Source: a virus
Length of the DNA stretch: 64,000 nucleotides
Strand: one strand, 5' to 3'
Virus record (IMG/VR): IMGVR_UViG_3300032677_000006
The notes under the pieces were generated by a model, which worked only from the letters and a program-made list of their open reading frames with translations, was not told where the DNA came from and did no database searches. This document shows, piece after piece, positions 25,248 through 35,302 of the stretch; the first letter of the stretch is position 1, and every line of letters begins with the position of its first letter. Made by a program: the position numbers and the translations under genes.

Positions 25248-26378
25248 TCTAGCCACCTTTTTGACCAACTCGATGACCTCAGCGTGGCTGGCCGCCGCCA
25301 GTACGTCGCATACCGTGCGCCCCGGGCGCGGCGGGCAGTAGCGGGGGAAGGTGCCGCCGTAGGTGAAGCAAGGCGACTGCGGGCAGCACTCGGTGTGATG
25401 CACCGGGTAATGGTTTTTGTAGTACGTCACCCGCCGGTCCGGGGACATCGGACCCCACAGGCCGACGCAGGGTGTCCCGAACATACCGGCCACGTGCGCC
25501 ATCATGGAGTCGGGCGAGACCACGACGCTCACGTGCTCCGTCAGCGCCCACAGCTCGCGCAGATTCAGGGCCGTGAAGGCTTCGATGTTGGTCAGCTTGC
25601 GCCGGTTGACTTCTTCCAACAGCGCCCGGGTATACGCCTCCGGAACAAATTCGTCGTAGAGGCACAGCCAGTGCTGCTCCGGGCACGCCTCCGCCAGCTT
25701 GACGGCCATGAACACGCTGTCGTTGACCGGCAGTCCCCGCACCGGGTTGGCGCTGGTGAGCTGGTACAGGCCGATCCGGCGGTCGCGGTACTTGACCAGG
25801 GTGCCCAGTTCGCTGGGAGTGAAAGCCGGGCGGACGCATTTTTTGGCCGCAGGCACGCTGTCGGGGTCGACGCCGATCCGGCGAAACAGGGCGTCCAGCG
25901 GGTGCTCCTGGTCCTGATGCTCGTCCATGTTGACCACCGCCTCAAAGGCCACAAAGTGATCGAACATCTTGACGGTGGCCAGCGCCAGCGGGAACATGTT
26001 CACCGACGCCACAAACGGCAGGTTCCACCAGCACAGATTGTTGCCCGGATCGGTGGCCACATGCACCTGCGCCCCGTGCTCATGCAGGTACTGGGCCAGG
26101 GGCCAGGTCATGATCTGGTCGCCGTAGCCGCCCGAACCGTTGTAGACGAGCACCCTTTGGTTCTTCTTGAGGGCGGCGATGTGAAAGTTTGGGATGCGCG
26201 GGTTGAGCAGCGACACCCGCTGGGTCCGTTGCTGGACCTTGGGGTCCTTCATGATGTTCATCATCTGCGAATGGGTGAACACGTAGGGCCGGTTGGCCTC
26301 GAAGGTGAGCGTCACCCCACCGGCGCTCTTTTTGAAGCCCAGGGTCAAGGGTTCGTTAAACGTGACAAGCTGCATCAT
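25245..26378 (-). CDS. GT9-family (heptosyltransferase-like, GT-B) glycosyltransferase
   Basis: GGYGDQIM, VVVSPDSMMAHVAGMFGTPCVGLWGP, C-terminal Cys cluster. Confidence 0.85.
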   Translation of the reverse strand: MMQLVTFNEPLTLGFKKSAGGVTLTFEANRPYVFTHSQMMNIMKDPKVQQRTQRVSLLNPRIPNFHIAALKKNQRVLVYNGSGGYGDQIMTWPLAQYLHEHGAQVHVATDPGNNLCWWNLPFVASVNMFPLALATVKMFDHFVAFEAVVNMDEHQDQEHPLDALFRRIGVDPDSVPAAKKCVRPAFTPSELGTLVKYRDRRIGLYQLTSANPVRGLPVNDSVFMAVKLAEACPEQHWLCLYDEFVPEAYTRALLEEVNRRKLTNIEAFTALNLRELWALTEHVSVVVSPDSMMAHVAGMFGTPCVGLWGPMSPDRRVTYYKNHYPVHHTECCPQSPCFTYGGTFPRYCPPRPGRTVCDVLAAASHAEVIELVKKVAR

Positions 26379-26400
26379 AATGCCTGAAAGAACCGAATGC

Positions 26401-26407
26401 GTAGTTA
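26401..26407 (+). promoter_or_regulatory. GTAGTTA motif, putative late promoter element (one of ~18 GTANYTA copies)
   Basis: Recurs shortly upstream of virion-gene starts on both strands. Confidence 0.6.
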
Positions 26408-26428
26408 CGTGGACGGCGCAAATTTTGT

Positions 26429-27238
26429 ATGAAAAACACCAAGCGAATTTTTGAAGCTCCGATTCCCCTGGACGATCCGGCGGAAGCCCAAGACACTCCG
26501 CCGCCGCAGGCTGGCGGCGCAGACGACATGCCGTTGCCGGAACCGGAAGCGGAAGAACCTCCCGCCATGGACGCCCCGATGCCGGGCGGCGAAGGCGGCG
26601 GTGGCGAGCGCCCGCCGTACTACGATCCTGCGCAAACCGATGACCAGCCCGCCCCGGGCCTGGACGACCCGGACGCCGCCGAACAGCCGAAGGCCGCCGA
26701 AGGCACGGGAGCCATCACCGGCAAATACAATTCCAGCCCGGTGGGCGACATCAAGATGTCCAAGGCCAAAGGCACGTACAACACGTACAAGCTTGAAATG
26801 AGCATGGGCCAGCTGGAAGTGATCCGCACCGCCCTGGAGGGCAACCACGCGGACCCGGTCAGCGACGAGCTGCTGGCCACCCTGACCTACTACATGGACA
26901 AGCTGCCTGGACCGGGCGAGGAAGAGGAAGAAGCGGAAGCCCGCGTCAACCCCCAGGCTGCCGCCGCCAAGGCGGCCAAAGCCGCCGGTCTGCCGGGCGC
27001 GGAGACGCCGGACGCCGAAGAATCGGATTCGCCACTGCCCAAGCCGCCGGGAGCGCCCACCGCCGCCAAGGTCGGGGCCGCTGACATTTCTAAGCTGCCC
27101 AAGCCGCCCAAAGGCGGCGCGACTCCGGCCAAAGAGCGCCTGCTTCAAAACTCGCCCAACGCCCAACCCAGCGTGGGGCTGCCGGAGCCGGAAGATGTCG
27201 GCTCGGAGGCTCAGCTGCCGCCGCCCCCGCGTGAATGA
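26429..27238 (+). CDS. Pro/Glu-rich hypothetical protein, putative head scaffold/internal protein
   Basis: MKNTKRIFEAP N-terminus, disordered flanks around a small folded core. Confidence 0.75.
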   Translation: MKNTKRIFEAPIPLDDPAEAQDTPPPQAGGADDMPLPEPEAEEPPAMDAPMPGGEGGGGERPPYYDPAQTDDQPAPGLDDPDAAEQPKAAEGTGAITGKYNSSPVGDIKMSKAKGTYNTYKLEMSMGQLEVIRTALEGNHADPVSDELLATLTYYMDKLPGPGEEEEEAEARVNPQAAAAKAAKAAGLPGAETPDAEESDSPLPKPPGAPTAAKVGAADISKLPKPPKGGATPAKERLLQNSPNAQPSVGLPEPEDVGSEAQLPPPPRE

Positions 27239-28185
27239 ACACCAACGTCTCGCTTTTGACGTCCGTGGCCAGCCAGGTCACGGACAAACGCATCCTGGAC
27301 TACGAGGTCGCCGTTTTTGAACACATCAACGGCGACTGGAACGAACACTCGGAGCTGTGCGTCTACGGCATCCCGTTCCAGTCGTCCGGCGTGAGCGTGA
27401 CGACGGGCGTGTGCAACGTGGTCATCTACGGCTCCGCGACGGACAACGGCAGCGGCATCACCCTATCCGGGGAGCTGACCAGCTTCGCGTCGACCACCAT
27501 TAACTTCGGACCCGGCTGGAAACCCGTGTCCGGCGTCACCAAGTACGGAGCGGACGTGTCGGGAACGCTTAGTTGCACGAACGCCGCCACCTTTGACTTC
27601 AGTATGACGGCCAACATCAAAGCCTACCTGTTCGTTGATGGCAGCCTGGTGGGCCATGTCGGCGGAGGCAGCACCAACAACTCCCTCTCGGTGGCGCTGG
27701 GCGTCGGACTCCACAATTTCGAGATTCAGTACAAGGGCGGCGGCCATCTAGTACTGGCCATCCCCAACGGTCTGACGCTGGCGTCCACAGCCTTGACGCA
27801 CTCCCAGCTGGCCGACAACACGCTGCGCCTGGCAATGGACGTGGAAGACCCGTCGGCCCACTCGGCCACGTCCAAGGTCATCGCCGTTCCCTGTCTCACC
27901 GGGCTTGGCACGTTTACCGCCTCCCATCAGCCCATCATCATTGAACAGCCCAACACGCAGCAAGTCAAAGTGGGCAGCAGCGTCATTTTCTCCGTGGTCG
28001 CCATCTGCGATTACCAGATGGCCTACCAGTGGTACTTCAACAGTGAAGCCATCACGGGAGCCATCGCCTCGGTGTACAGCATCAACTCTACCGTCTACGC
28101 CAATGCGGGCAACTACACGGTGACCGTTTCCTCCGCCACGGCCAGCACCACCAGCCTGGTCGCACAATTAACCCTCGTCAGCTAA
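27235..28185 (+). CDS. Virion surface protein with PA14-like and C-terminal Ig-like domain
   Basis: LFVDGSLV..GLHNFEIQY; PIIIEQPNTQQVKVGSSVIFSVVA..YQWYFN..AGNYTVTVS. Confidence 0.75.
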   Translation: MNTNVSLLTSVASQVTDKRILDYEVAVFEHINGDWNEHSELCVYGIPFQSSGVSVTTGVCNVVIYGSATDNGSGITLSGELTSFASTTINFGPGWKPVSGVTKYGADVSGTLSCTNAATFDFSMTANIKAYLFVDGSLVGHVGGGSTNNSLSVALGVGLHNFEIQYKGGGHLVLAIPNGLTLASTALTHSQLADNTLRLAMDVEDPSAHSATSKVIAVPCLTGLGTFTASHQPIIIEQPNTQQVKVGSSVIFSVVAICDYQMAYQWYFNSEAITGAIASVYSINSTVYANAGNYTVTVSSATASTTSLVAQLTLVS

Positions 28186-29558
28186 TGGACAGCAGCATCA
28201 TCACCCAGAGCGTCCTGCAAGCCGTGCAGTTTTCACTGCAACAGGATACCGACAACCTGGCGGCGCACGCCAACATGCTAATGTCCCGGGCGCACGGCTG
28301 GAACCTGCTGTGGATCGCGTCCGGCACGACGGACAGCTTCGGCAATCCCATCGACAAATACTACGACGATCACGGCAACGCCATCGGCGATTACTCCCTG
28401 GTGATTCCGTGCCTGAACCCGGAAAATATCTTCTATGCCCCGGCGCTGGACTCCACGCTGCCAGCCCAAAACGCCTTCACCGGCATGGTAGACCCGGGCT
28501 ACGGGGTGCCGGTCAATGCCGGGGTTTCCCAGGACGCCTGGATCACCGAGCTGGACGAGTCAGCGGCTACGTCCGACACGATCAACGACACGTTGCTAGT
28601 TCCCCACTCCCGGCTGGGTATGTGGGAAGCCCACGGCGCAATCACCGTCTGGGTGCAGCCGACTTACGACTCCACCGGCAATCAGATCGGCACCCACGTC
28701 GCCAATTTTTATTTCAGCGGCCAGCAGTACCAGATTCCCTGCACGCCGCGCATCGGCGGCATGATGCGGTTGTTGCAGGTCGCACCCTGGAACTCCAACC
28801 AGGTGGCCCTGTCCATGAGCTGTACCAAGGACGGCAGCGCTCCGCTGGCCACCAACGCTACCCCGATCAACCACAACACCGTCACCGCCAGTTTCACCGG
28901 CACCTTTCCCATCACTTTGCAGTGGCAGTATCAAGGGGGCGGCGGCAACTGGACTAACTTTGATCCAAGCTCGCCCCATATCACGTGTACCAACAATCCA
29001 CTCGCGTCCTTTACCTGCGCCGTAACCGGGACTGACGGAATTACCTTTGGGATAACCTACATCTACGGAGCCTGGAATGAGGGCGACATCAACACGCTGA
29101 CGGTTCGATTCATAGTGACTGCTTCCGCGACCAACCAGACGGTTACCAGCCAGCCATTTACCTTTTCCTTGAACTACGTGGACGACGATGACGACACCTG
29201 GTTCTGCTCGGAAGCAAACCGGACGAAGCCTTTCAGCCCGGAAGAGTGGGCGCTGGTCCGGCAAATACGGGTCGCTTGTTTTAAGGCCGCTCCCCGCCTG
29301 ACGGCCAACTATATCCGGTTCGGCAAGGAGCTGGTGGCGCGCATGCGCCAAAATGGAGTTACTTCTGACGTGTACGTGCATTATGTCCAGGAATTGCTGA
29401 CGATTGCCCGGACTGAGGGTCTTGAAGCCGCCGCTCGTTACGACATCTGGTGGTGCCTGCAACAGGTCAACACTCACTGGCCGCTGGAAAGCGGCTCAAG
29501 TGAACTCTACCACCGCCGAATGGGCCTTAGCGCCAAGGAAGCCGCGCGCTTTAGCTGA
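28185..29558 (+). CDS. Putative tail-fibre/structural protein with internal repeat, Ig-like segment and helical C-terminal domain
   Basis: Two H-x6-AHG..DxxGNxIG..IPC units; ITLQWQYQ; DDDDDTWFC helical tail. Confidence 0.65.
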   Translation: MDSSIITQSVLQAVQFSLQQDTDNLAAHANMLMSRAHGWNLLWIASGTTDSFGNPIDKYYDDHGNAIGDYSLVIPCLNPENIFYAPALDSTLPAQNAFTGMVDPGYGVPVNAGVSQDAWITELDESAATSDTINDTLLVPHSRLGMWEAHGAITVWVQPTYDSTGNQIGTHVANFYFSGQQYQIPCTPRIGGMMRLLQVAPWNSNQVALSMSCTKDGSAPLATNATPINHNTVTASFTGTFPITLQWQYQGGGGNWTNFDPSSPHITCTNNPLASFTCAVTGTDGITFGITYIYGAWNEGDINTLTVRFIVTASATNQTVTSQPFTFSLNYVDDDDDTWFCSEANRTKPFSPEEWALVRQIRVACFKAAPRLTANYIRFGKELVARMRQNGVTSDVYVHYVQELLTIARTEGLEAAARYDIWWCLQQVNTHWPLESGSSELYHRRMGLSAKEAARFS

Positions 29559-30969
29559 TCATGGCCACACCGGCAACGACGAACTCCGCGACGATAGGTC
29601 CCTGGTTTTCGTTGATCACGTAAAACTCGTTCGTCACACTTTGGTTCGGACCGGCCATGAGAGTGTTAATCGTCAACGGACAGGCAAACACACTGGTTCC
29701 CGACAGTGTTCCCCAGTCGTAGAAAGTGCCCTGCGGAACCACCGAGACACCCGCATTGTAGAACGTATAATTGGCAAAGGCCCCGTCTACGATTGACGGC
29801 AGCTTGACCAGGCACGCGCCCTGGAAAGTCAGGCCAAATTTGGAATTCAAAATCGCCATCCCTTTGTACCAGGCAGGCCCAGCAGGTCCAGACTGGGCCG
29901 CCACGTCCAAAACCAGGCTCTCGTTGCAGGTAAACAAATACGTGCCGTTAGCGACGTAAAGGCCACCCTGATCAATGTCGTAGGCCGAGAAGTGATCCCC
30001 CACCACCGGCAGGGTATTGCGGTAACCAACGAAGGAAGACAACGTGATTAGCGTTCCATTTACAGTCTGCTGCCCAATGTACGGCTGCGTGCCGATCCCG
30101 GGCACGCCCTGCGAACCCTGAGCACCCGGCAAGCCACCTTCGGCCACCACGCTCCAGTAGGCTGAAGGGCCGCTGATTGTGTCGTCCGGGGATTGACCGG
30201 TGTTTGACTGAATGCAAATGAACGAGGAAACCGCCCCTGTCAGAGCGCCGTAGGTCCTCGTAAATTGAACGACGTCATTGGCGACATAGGCGGTCGTAGA
30301 CGACCAAACCCCGCGCCAGGTCATTCCGGCGGACCCGCTGGAAGCGTTGCCCGCAGGTCCAGGAGGACCGGGAGGCCCAGTCGGTCCAGGAGGCCCGGAC
30401 GGTCCAACCACGGCGGTGTTGCCCACCAGGAGCGAGCCAGTGGAGCCAACCGGGCGCATGGTCAGTAGGACGCTGGCGCTGATCTCCAAGGTCAGGGCAC
30501 CCCGGTTCTTGAGCGAGATGATGAACTCGCCGGACGGATGAAAGCTCGTCTCCCCGGTGAATTCCGCGCCCGAGGTCGTGGTCACGATGTCCGTGCCGGT
30601 GGAATTGCCGAAAGTGGTGTTGTAGTAGATGTCCAGCTGCGCGTCCGTGCTGGCGGGAGACGCTCCCACGGTGGCATTCAGCACGCGGGCCTCAAAGCCC
30701 AACGGAATCCGGTAGTTGCTGGCCAGGGTTTGATCCCCGGGAGCGACGATGGTGCGCATCACCGGCAACGGCACGAACTGCTCGTGGTTGTTCACCGTCT
30801 CAACCACCTCGTTCACCTTCTCCGCCAGGATATTGTCGCGCTGCGCCAGCTGCCGGGTGGGGTTGGACATGCCGGGTACGTCTACGGCGTCGCCCTGGGC
30901 GAAGTGGCGCACGTCGCCGCTGCCGTAGTCCTGGCCTGCTGCGGTCGGAAGATCAACTGGCTCTATCAT
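29551..30969 (-). CDS. Tail fibre protein with collagen-like repeat and CBM5/12-like module
   Basis: NPTRQLAQRD; GPSGPPGPTGPPGPPGPAG; WRGVWSSTTAYVANDVV..YWSVVA. Confidence 0.75.
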   Translation of the reverse strand: MIEPVDLPTAAGQDYGSGDVRHFAQGDAVDVPGMSNPTRQLAQRDNILAEKVNEVVETVNNHEQFVPLPVMRTIVAPGDQTLASNYRIPLGFEARVLNATVGASPASTDAQLDIYYNTTFGNSTGTDIVTTTSGAEFTGETSFHPSGEFIISLKNRGALTLEISASVLLTMRPVGSTGSLLVGNTAVVGPSGPPGPTGPPGPPGPAGNASSGSAGMTWRGVWSSTTAYVANDVVQFTRTYGALTGAVSSFICIQSNTGQSPDDTISGPSAYWSVVAEGGLPGAQGSQGVPGIGTQPYIGQQTVNGTLITLSSFVGYRNTLPVVGDHFSAYDIDQGGLYVANGTYLFTCNESLVLDVAAQSGPAGPAWYKGMAILNSKFGLTFQGACLVKLPSIVDGAFANYTFYNAGVSVVPQGTFYDWGTLSGTSVFACPLTINTLMAGPNQSVTNEFYVINENQGPIVAEFVVAGVAMIS

Positions 30970-31340
30970 GGTGCCTTAACTACGGTTGGTTCGGGGGACT
31001 CCTGGGTGTACCAATGCAGCTCGTGCTGCTCGATGAACTTGCGGTACAGCCGGAACTTGAAGTCGTAGCGGCCATCCATGAAGAAGGTGCGGTGAACCCG
31101 CTCCAGCACATTGCCGGGCTTGCGGCGAAAGTGCATATTGACCTCCCGGGGCGGCCTCCAGACTGGCATCAGTGCGCCCACGCGCCCGATGGTTACCCGG
31201 TTGCCGGTGACTATGGCGTCACAGAACACGCCGCACATGGCTTCGTACACCCGGGTGGCTTGGGTGTAGGACAGGCCACCCTCCCGCATGAAACGGTTGA
31301 CGAACGCGCGCCGCTCGTAGGTGCTCTTTTCTAATTTCAC
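30966..31340 (-). CDS. HU/IHF-like DNA-binding protein
   Basis: GLSYTQATRVYEAM..DAIVTGNRVTIGRVGAL..R.PR..FKFRLYRKF pattern. Confidence 0.75.
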   Translation of the reverse strand: MKLEKSTYERRAFVNRFMREGGLSYTQATRVYEAMCGVFCDAIVTGNRVTIGRVGALMPVWRPPREVNMHFRRKPGNVLERVHRTFFMDGRYDFKFRLYRKFIEQHELHWYTQESPEPTVVKAP

Positions 31341-32068
31341 GTAAAGGTCAAGTTCAACGAAAACGGCTCCTGGTTGAGCTTGCTCACAAAGTTGGCAACT
31401 ACCGTGTACTCCCGGTCGCCCGTTTTGGTTACGGACAAGAACTGCAAAGCCACCCTCGGCTCCCAGGCGGTCAAGGCGGTGGCGATCTCATGCTGGACCA
31501 TGTTTTCAATGCCCGTCGCCTCGAACTCGAACAGGATGGCCCGCAGGTTGGTGCCGTAGTCCGGCAGCATGACCCGCTCGCCCTTGTTGGTGGTGAGCAG
31601 CATCTTGACGGAGGACGCCAGGATGTCCAGGTCCGTGCTGCTGTTAAAGCTCCACTGCTCCGCGTTGGGGTAGCCCTCGTCCTTGGGCAGAATCGGACCG
31701 TAGACAATCGGCGTCGCCGTGTTGCCGCTGGTGGCCACCACCACCAGGAAGGGGAAGGTGGCCGCCGCCTGGTTGGGCGTAGGCAGGTTGTAGTCGGAGG
31801 CTTCCACCCGGACGCTGTAAAGTCCCGGGCCGACAAACCGGCTGGCTTGCACGTGGATCGTGCCGGTGGAAACGTAGACAACCGGCACCTGGCCGTCGTC
31901 AAAGTAAACCGTGCCGTTCAGCCGGTTGAACGTGTACGCCTCGTCCTCGCCGATCCAGCAGTCCACCGCCAGCTCCGCCTTTTCTCCGGCGACGGTGACA
32001 CGCAGGTTTTGCTCGGCAGGCGGAAAGGCCGTCAGGTCCAGACCGGCGGGGCTGTAGATGTGAAGCAT
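31337..32068 (-). CDS. Baseplate wedge protein, gp25-like C-terminus with N-terminal beta-sandwich
   Basis: SVKMLLTTNKGERVMLPDYGTNLRAILFE..ALTAWEPRV. Confidence 0.9.
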   Translation of the reverse strand: MLHIYSPAGLDLTAFPPAEQNLRVTVAGEKAELAVDCWIGEDEAYTFNRLNGTVYFDDGQVPVVYVSTGTIHVQASRFVGPGLYSVRVEASDYNLPTPNQAAATFPFLVVVATSGNTATPIVYGPILPKDEGYPNAEQWSFNSSTDLDILASSVKMLLTTNKGERVMLPDYGTNLRAILFEFEATGIENMVQHEIATALTAWEPRVALQFLSVTKTGDREYTVVANFVSKLNQEPFSLNLTFT

Positions 32069-32069
32069 A

Positions 32070-34055
32070 TCAGCCTACAAATTTGCGATACTTGTCCCAG
32101 TTGCCGTTCTCGCTGCCGCCGTCGGTGCCGAGACCGGCCACGGTGGTGGCGGTTTCCGCGAGGGGCGGCGTCGCGCCATCGTCGTCCCATTTGCCGGTAT
32201 GCTTGCCGTCGACCATGGCCTGGATGGTGCCGGTGTAATCCCCTTTTTCACCGGCGGATTCTTTGACGGAATTCTTGGGCCGTCGGAACGAAAACGGGTG
32301 GCGGCCAAAGCTGGACACGACCACGTCGTTTTCCTGCATGGGCGCGCGGGTCAGCACCTCCTGCCTGGTCCACTTGCGGGGCTTCGGTTCCTGGGCGGCG
32401 GTGCGGTCGCCACTGACGATCTCGCGCAGCTGGCGCATGCTCTCCAGGCCGCCGGGCATGTTCTTGATCGAATCGTGAATCTGGTTGAGCAGCTTGGCCG
32501 TAGTCGGTGCGGGCTTGCGCTGGAGGCTCTCCTCCTGCTCCTGGTCTACCTCCTTGGGCAGCGCCGTCAGGAACACGTTGACCACCTCGTCGGGCAGGTG
32601 CATGTACCGCTTGAACACAGTCTCGATCCAGGCTTCCTTCGGCAAATTGTACTGCTCCATCACGTCGCCGAGCTTGGCCATCACGTCAGCCTGCATGGAG
32701 AGCATCTCCATCTTCATCTGCTCCTCCAGGGAGCCGATGGGCGGCATCATCGCCTTGATGTCCAGCTCCTCCACGTTTTTGCCCTTGAGCACGGCGTGGA
32801 AGTACGCCAGCCACTGGTACGACGCGGTGATCGGGCGGCGGATGGACTTGATCTTGCGCAGGAACCGGATGTCCTGGGCCAGCAGGGCCTTGCCCGACGG
32901 AAAGTTTTCGCCGTCGCCCTGGCCGCCAAACCACGCCTTGGGCATGCCGATGATCGAGTAAAACAAGTCCGTCAACAACTCAATGTCGTAGACATCCGGC
33001 ACGTCCGGCGTACCGGGCAGCTTGGTGATGACGTTGTTGAAGCCCTTGGGCTGGGCCAGGTAAATGATCGTGTCCAGCGCCAGCGCGTTGTAGTAGCTGG
33101 TGAAGTCCGCCGCGCTGCTCAACTCGCCCGGGGTGCCTGCCGAGCCGAAGGCCAGCTTGCTGCGCAGCGCCTGCCGCCAGCGTTGCACCGTCTTCATCTG
33201 CTCGATGGGCGGCTGCTCCTGGACGTCGATGCTGATGGCGTACCGGTCCGGCTGGACCTGGGCGCGGCAGACGACCATCTGGTCGACGGCCATGCGTAGT
33301 TTCTTGTAGATGCCGTCGGCCTCGGCGAAAATCGGCTCGCCGTGCTCGCTGATGCGCATGCGGAACATGCGCCGGAAGTGCATAAAGTCCCAGGGATAGT
33401 AGAGGTCCTCGGTGTACTGCCCGGAGGCCAGGCTGACCCGCTCAACGGGCGTCCGGTTGTCGGGCATGACGAATACGTCCTCCTTGTTGGGCTTGTGGTT
33501 GAGCCAGCGGAACCCGATGCACTTGCGGTTGCGCTCCAGCCAGTACCGGCGCATGTCCATGGGGTGGACGAAGCTCATGCCCATCACGCCCTCCTGGGGC
33601 GCGTACTCCAGCTTTTCAAAGTGATTGCCGAGGCTGGCCACGTGCCAGACCTGGGACGGCAGGATGTGCTCCACCTCCAGGCGGACCAGCAGGTCGTTCA
33701 GCTCCTCCTCGAAGGCGGAATCGTTGCACTGGTACCACAGCGTGCCCGGGGAGCTGGAGTCAGCCTGGGTCGCTTCGTCTACAATTTCCACCAGGGCGGC
33801 GGCCAGCAAGTCCCACTGGCTCATTTCGTCCCACAGCTGAAGCATCGCCTCGAACGTGGTCGGGCGCTTCATCACGCTGTTGAATTTGGTCCAGATGTCC
33901 GGGTCCGCGATCTGACCGGCCTGCTGGAACTCGCTCCAGAGCCGCTGGTCGGCGTCCGGGGTTTGGGCGCGCGGGACCAAGGAGCCGGTCCGCACCCCGC
34001 TGGTGCCGATCAGGCCCATGTATTTCAGCAACCCGCTGGTTTGTGTGTTCGCCAT
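32070..34055 (-). CDS. Portal protein (T4 gp20-like)
   Basis: ALVEIVDEAT, PWDFMHFR, KKLRMAVDQMVVCRAQVQPDRYAISIDV, ITKLPG..DIELL..GMPKAW, LLAQDIRFLRKI; start MANTQ after GTAGTTA. Confidence 0.9.
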   Translation of the reverse strand: MANTQTSGLLKYMGLIGTSGVRTGSLVPRAQTPDADQRLWSEFQQAGQIADPDIWTKFNSVMKRPTTFEAMLQLWDEMSQWDLLAAALVEIVDEATQADSSSPGTLWYQCNDSAFEEELNDLLVRLEVEHILPSQVWHVASLGNHFEKLEYAPQEGVMGMSFVHPMDMRRYWLERNRKCIGFRWLNHKPNKEDVFVMPDNRTPVERVSLASGQYTEDLYYPWDFMHFRRMFRMRISEHGEPIFAEADGIYKKLRMAVDQMVVCRAQVQPDRYAISIDVQEQPPIEQMKTVQRWRQALRSKLAFGSAGTPGELSSAADFTSYYNALALDTIIYLAQPKGFNNVITKLPGTPDVPDVYDIELLTDLFYSIIGMPKAWFGGQGDGENFPSGKALLAQDIRFLRKIKSIRRPITASYQWLAYFHAVLKGKNVEELDIKAMMPPIGSLEEQMKMEMLSMQADVMAKLGDVMEQYNLPKEAWIETVFKRYMHLPDEVVNVFLTALPKEVDQEQEESLQRKPAPTTAKLLNQIHDSIKNMPGGLESMRQLREIVSGDRTAAQEPKPRKWTRQEVLTRAPMQENDVVVSSFGRHPFSFRRPKNSVKESAGEKGDYTGTIQAMVDGKHTGKWDDDGATPPLAETATTVAGLGTDGGSENGNWDKYRKFVG

Positions 34056-34124
34056 AGTCTTAACTACAGAAAAAGAACAAATTTCTCTGTCCAAGGCGCG
34101 CGCGATCCTGTTCTCTGTAGACGT

Positions 34125-34358
34125 ATGAAGAAAAAGAAAGTCCTTTTGAAATCAAACGTCATCAGCTTCCGCCTGACTACCGCCCAGAAAAAGAAACTGG
34201 AGGAGGTCTTCAAGCGCCAGCCGGTGTCGTACGTTAAGAGTGAAAAGAGCCTGTGCCGCAAGTGGGTCTGTGACTTCCTTGAGGGACGGCTCAAATTCGC
34301 CAATCCCAAGCACGCCCTGGTGGACCTGGACATTCACGCCGAAACCAGCGCAAGCTAG
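34125..34358 (+). CDS. Small basic ribbon-helix-helix-like DNA-binding protein
   Basis: MKKKKVLLKSNVISFRLTTAQKKKLEE. Confidence 0.65.
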   Translation: MKKKKVLLKSNVISFRLTTAQKKKLEEVFKRQPVSYVKSEKSLCRKWVCDFLEGRLKFANPKHALVDLDIHAETSAS

Positions 34359-34663
34359 TCTACGCGGCAGGCTTTCCCGGTTCGGGGGTCCAGCGTAAAG
34401 CGCACGTCCACCGGGAAAGTCTCCGCCGACTCGTGATCGCAGCAGCGACACGAGATGCGACAGTGCAGCCGGTCCGACTCCAGGCTCTCCACCAGCACCA
34501 GCGCCGGATCAAGCGGCTCCGCCTGCTCCTGGCAAAAGGTGCGCACCGAAGAGGCCAGGCGGCCTGTGCGGCAATTTTCCGTGGCCCAGGCCAAGGTAGC
34601 GGGCAGCTTGCTGGACTCGTCCGGCACGAAGGTTCCCGCCACTTTTTTAGCCAGCAGCGACAT
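34355..34663 (-). CDS. Hypothetical protein
   Basis: 102-aa ORF coupled to the upstream gene (1-nt overlap). Confidence 0.65.
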   Translation of the reverse strand: MSLLAKKVAGTFVPDESSKLPATLAWATENCRTGRLASSVRTFCQEQAEPLDPALVLVESLESDRLHCRISCRCCDHESAETFPVDVRFTLDPRTGKACRVD

Positions 34664-35031
34664 CAGTTGGAGTAGTCGTAAGCGCTGCCCGGCAGGTCCT
34701 GCGGTGATACTTCCACCTCCAGGCCGGTGCGCGCCTGCCCGTTTTTGACGTATTTCAGCAGCCGGTAGCCTTTGAAGTAGTCCACCGACAGGAGCTTTTC
34801 CAGCTCCGGGATGATCTCCTTGGGCAGCTTCAGGAAATCGAACTGAATCTTGACCTTGCCTTCCGGCCCGGGATCGCCCACGGAAAAGTCAACCAGGTGC
34901 GCCAGCAGAGAGGGAACCGACTGAATCTGAAGCAGCATGCGCGTCCCCAGAACACCGACTTTCTTGTCGAGTTTTCCGGTCTTTTGGGGCAAATCTTCAA
35001 TTAGCAGCCGTGCCAGTTGTGCTTCGTTCAT
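34663..35031 (-). CDS. Hypothetical protein, putative internal head protein
   Basis: MNEAQLARLLIED; GTATTTA motif 7 nt upstream. Confidence 0.75.
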   Translation of the reverse strand: MNEAQLARLLIEDLPQKTGKLDKKVGVLGTRMLLQIQSVPSLLAHLVDFSVGDPGPEGKVKIQFDFLKLPKEIIPELEKLLSVDYFKGYRLLKYVKNGQARTGLEVEVSPQDLPGSAYDYSN

Positions 35032-35200
35032 TCCAGCCTAAATACACGGTATCCTGTCGAAAGTGGCTCCGCCAGGCGCGCGTAACCAGGCCGCGCAGCC
35101 AGACTGGCGGCAACTTCGTAGCCAAGGGCATCCAGGGGCGGTCCACTGTGGACACCCGACAGACCTCTTTACCGTTTACCGACAGGGCGTACAGTGTCAT
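34997..35200 (-). CDS. Small hypothetical protein
   Basis: 67-aa ORF, GTTCTT motif upstream. Confidence 0.45.
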   Translation of the reverse strand: MTLYALSVNGKEVCRVSTVDRPWMPLATKLPPVWLRGLVTRAWRSHFRQDTVYLGWNERSTTGTAAN

Positions 35201-35302
35201 AGATTAACCATCACGCGAATAAGAACCAAACTGCGTAAAAGCCTGAAATGCCGCTCCGCCGGTTGATTTTCAATCAAACCTTGCCGCCACGTTCTTAGTC
35301 CC

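Noticed and set aside
27235-30969. Diversity-generating retroelement or invertible fibre cassette
   Set aside because: No reverse transcriptase, recombinase, TR/VR pair or flanking inverted repeats seen in the window
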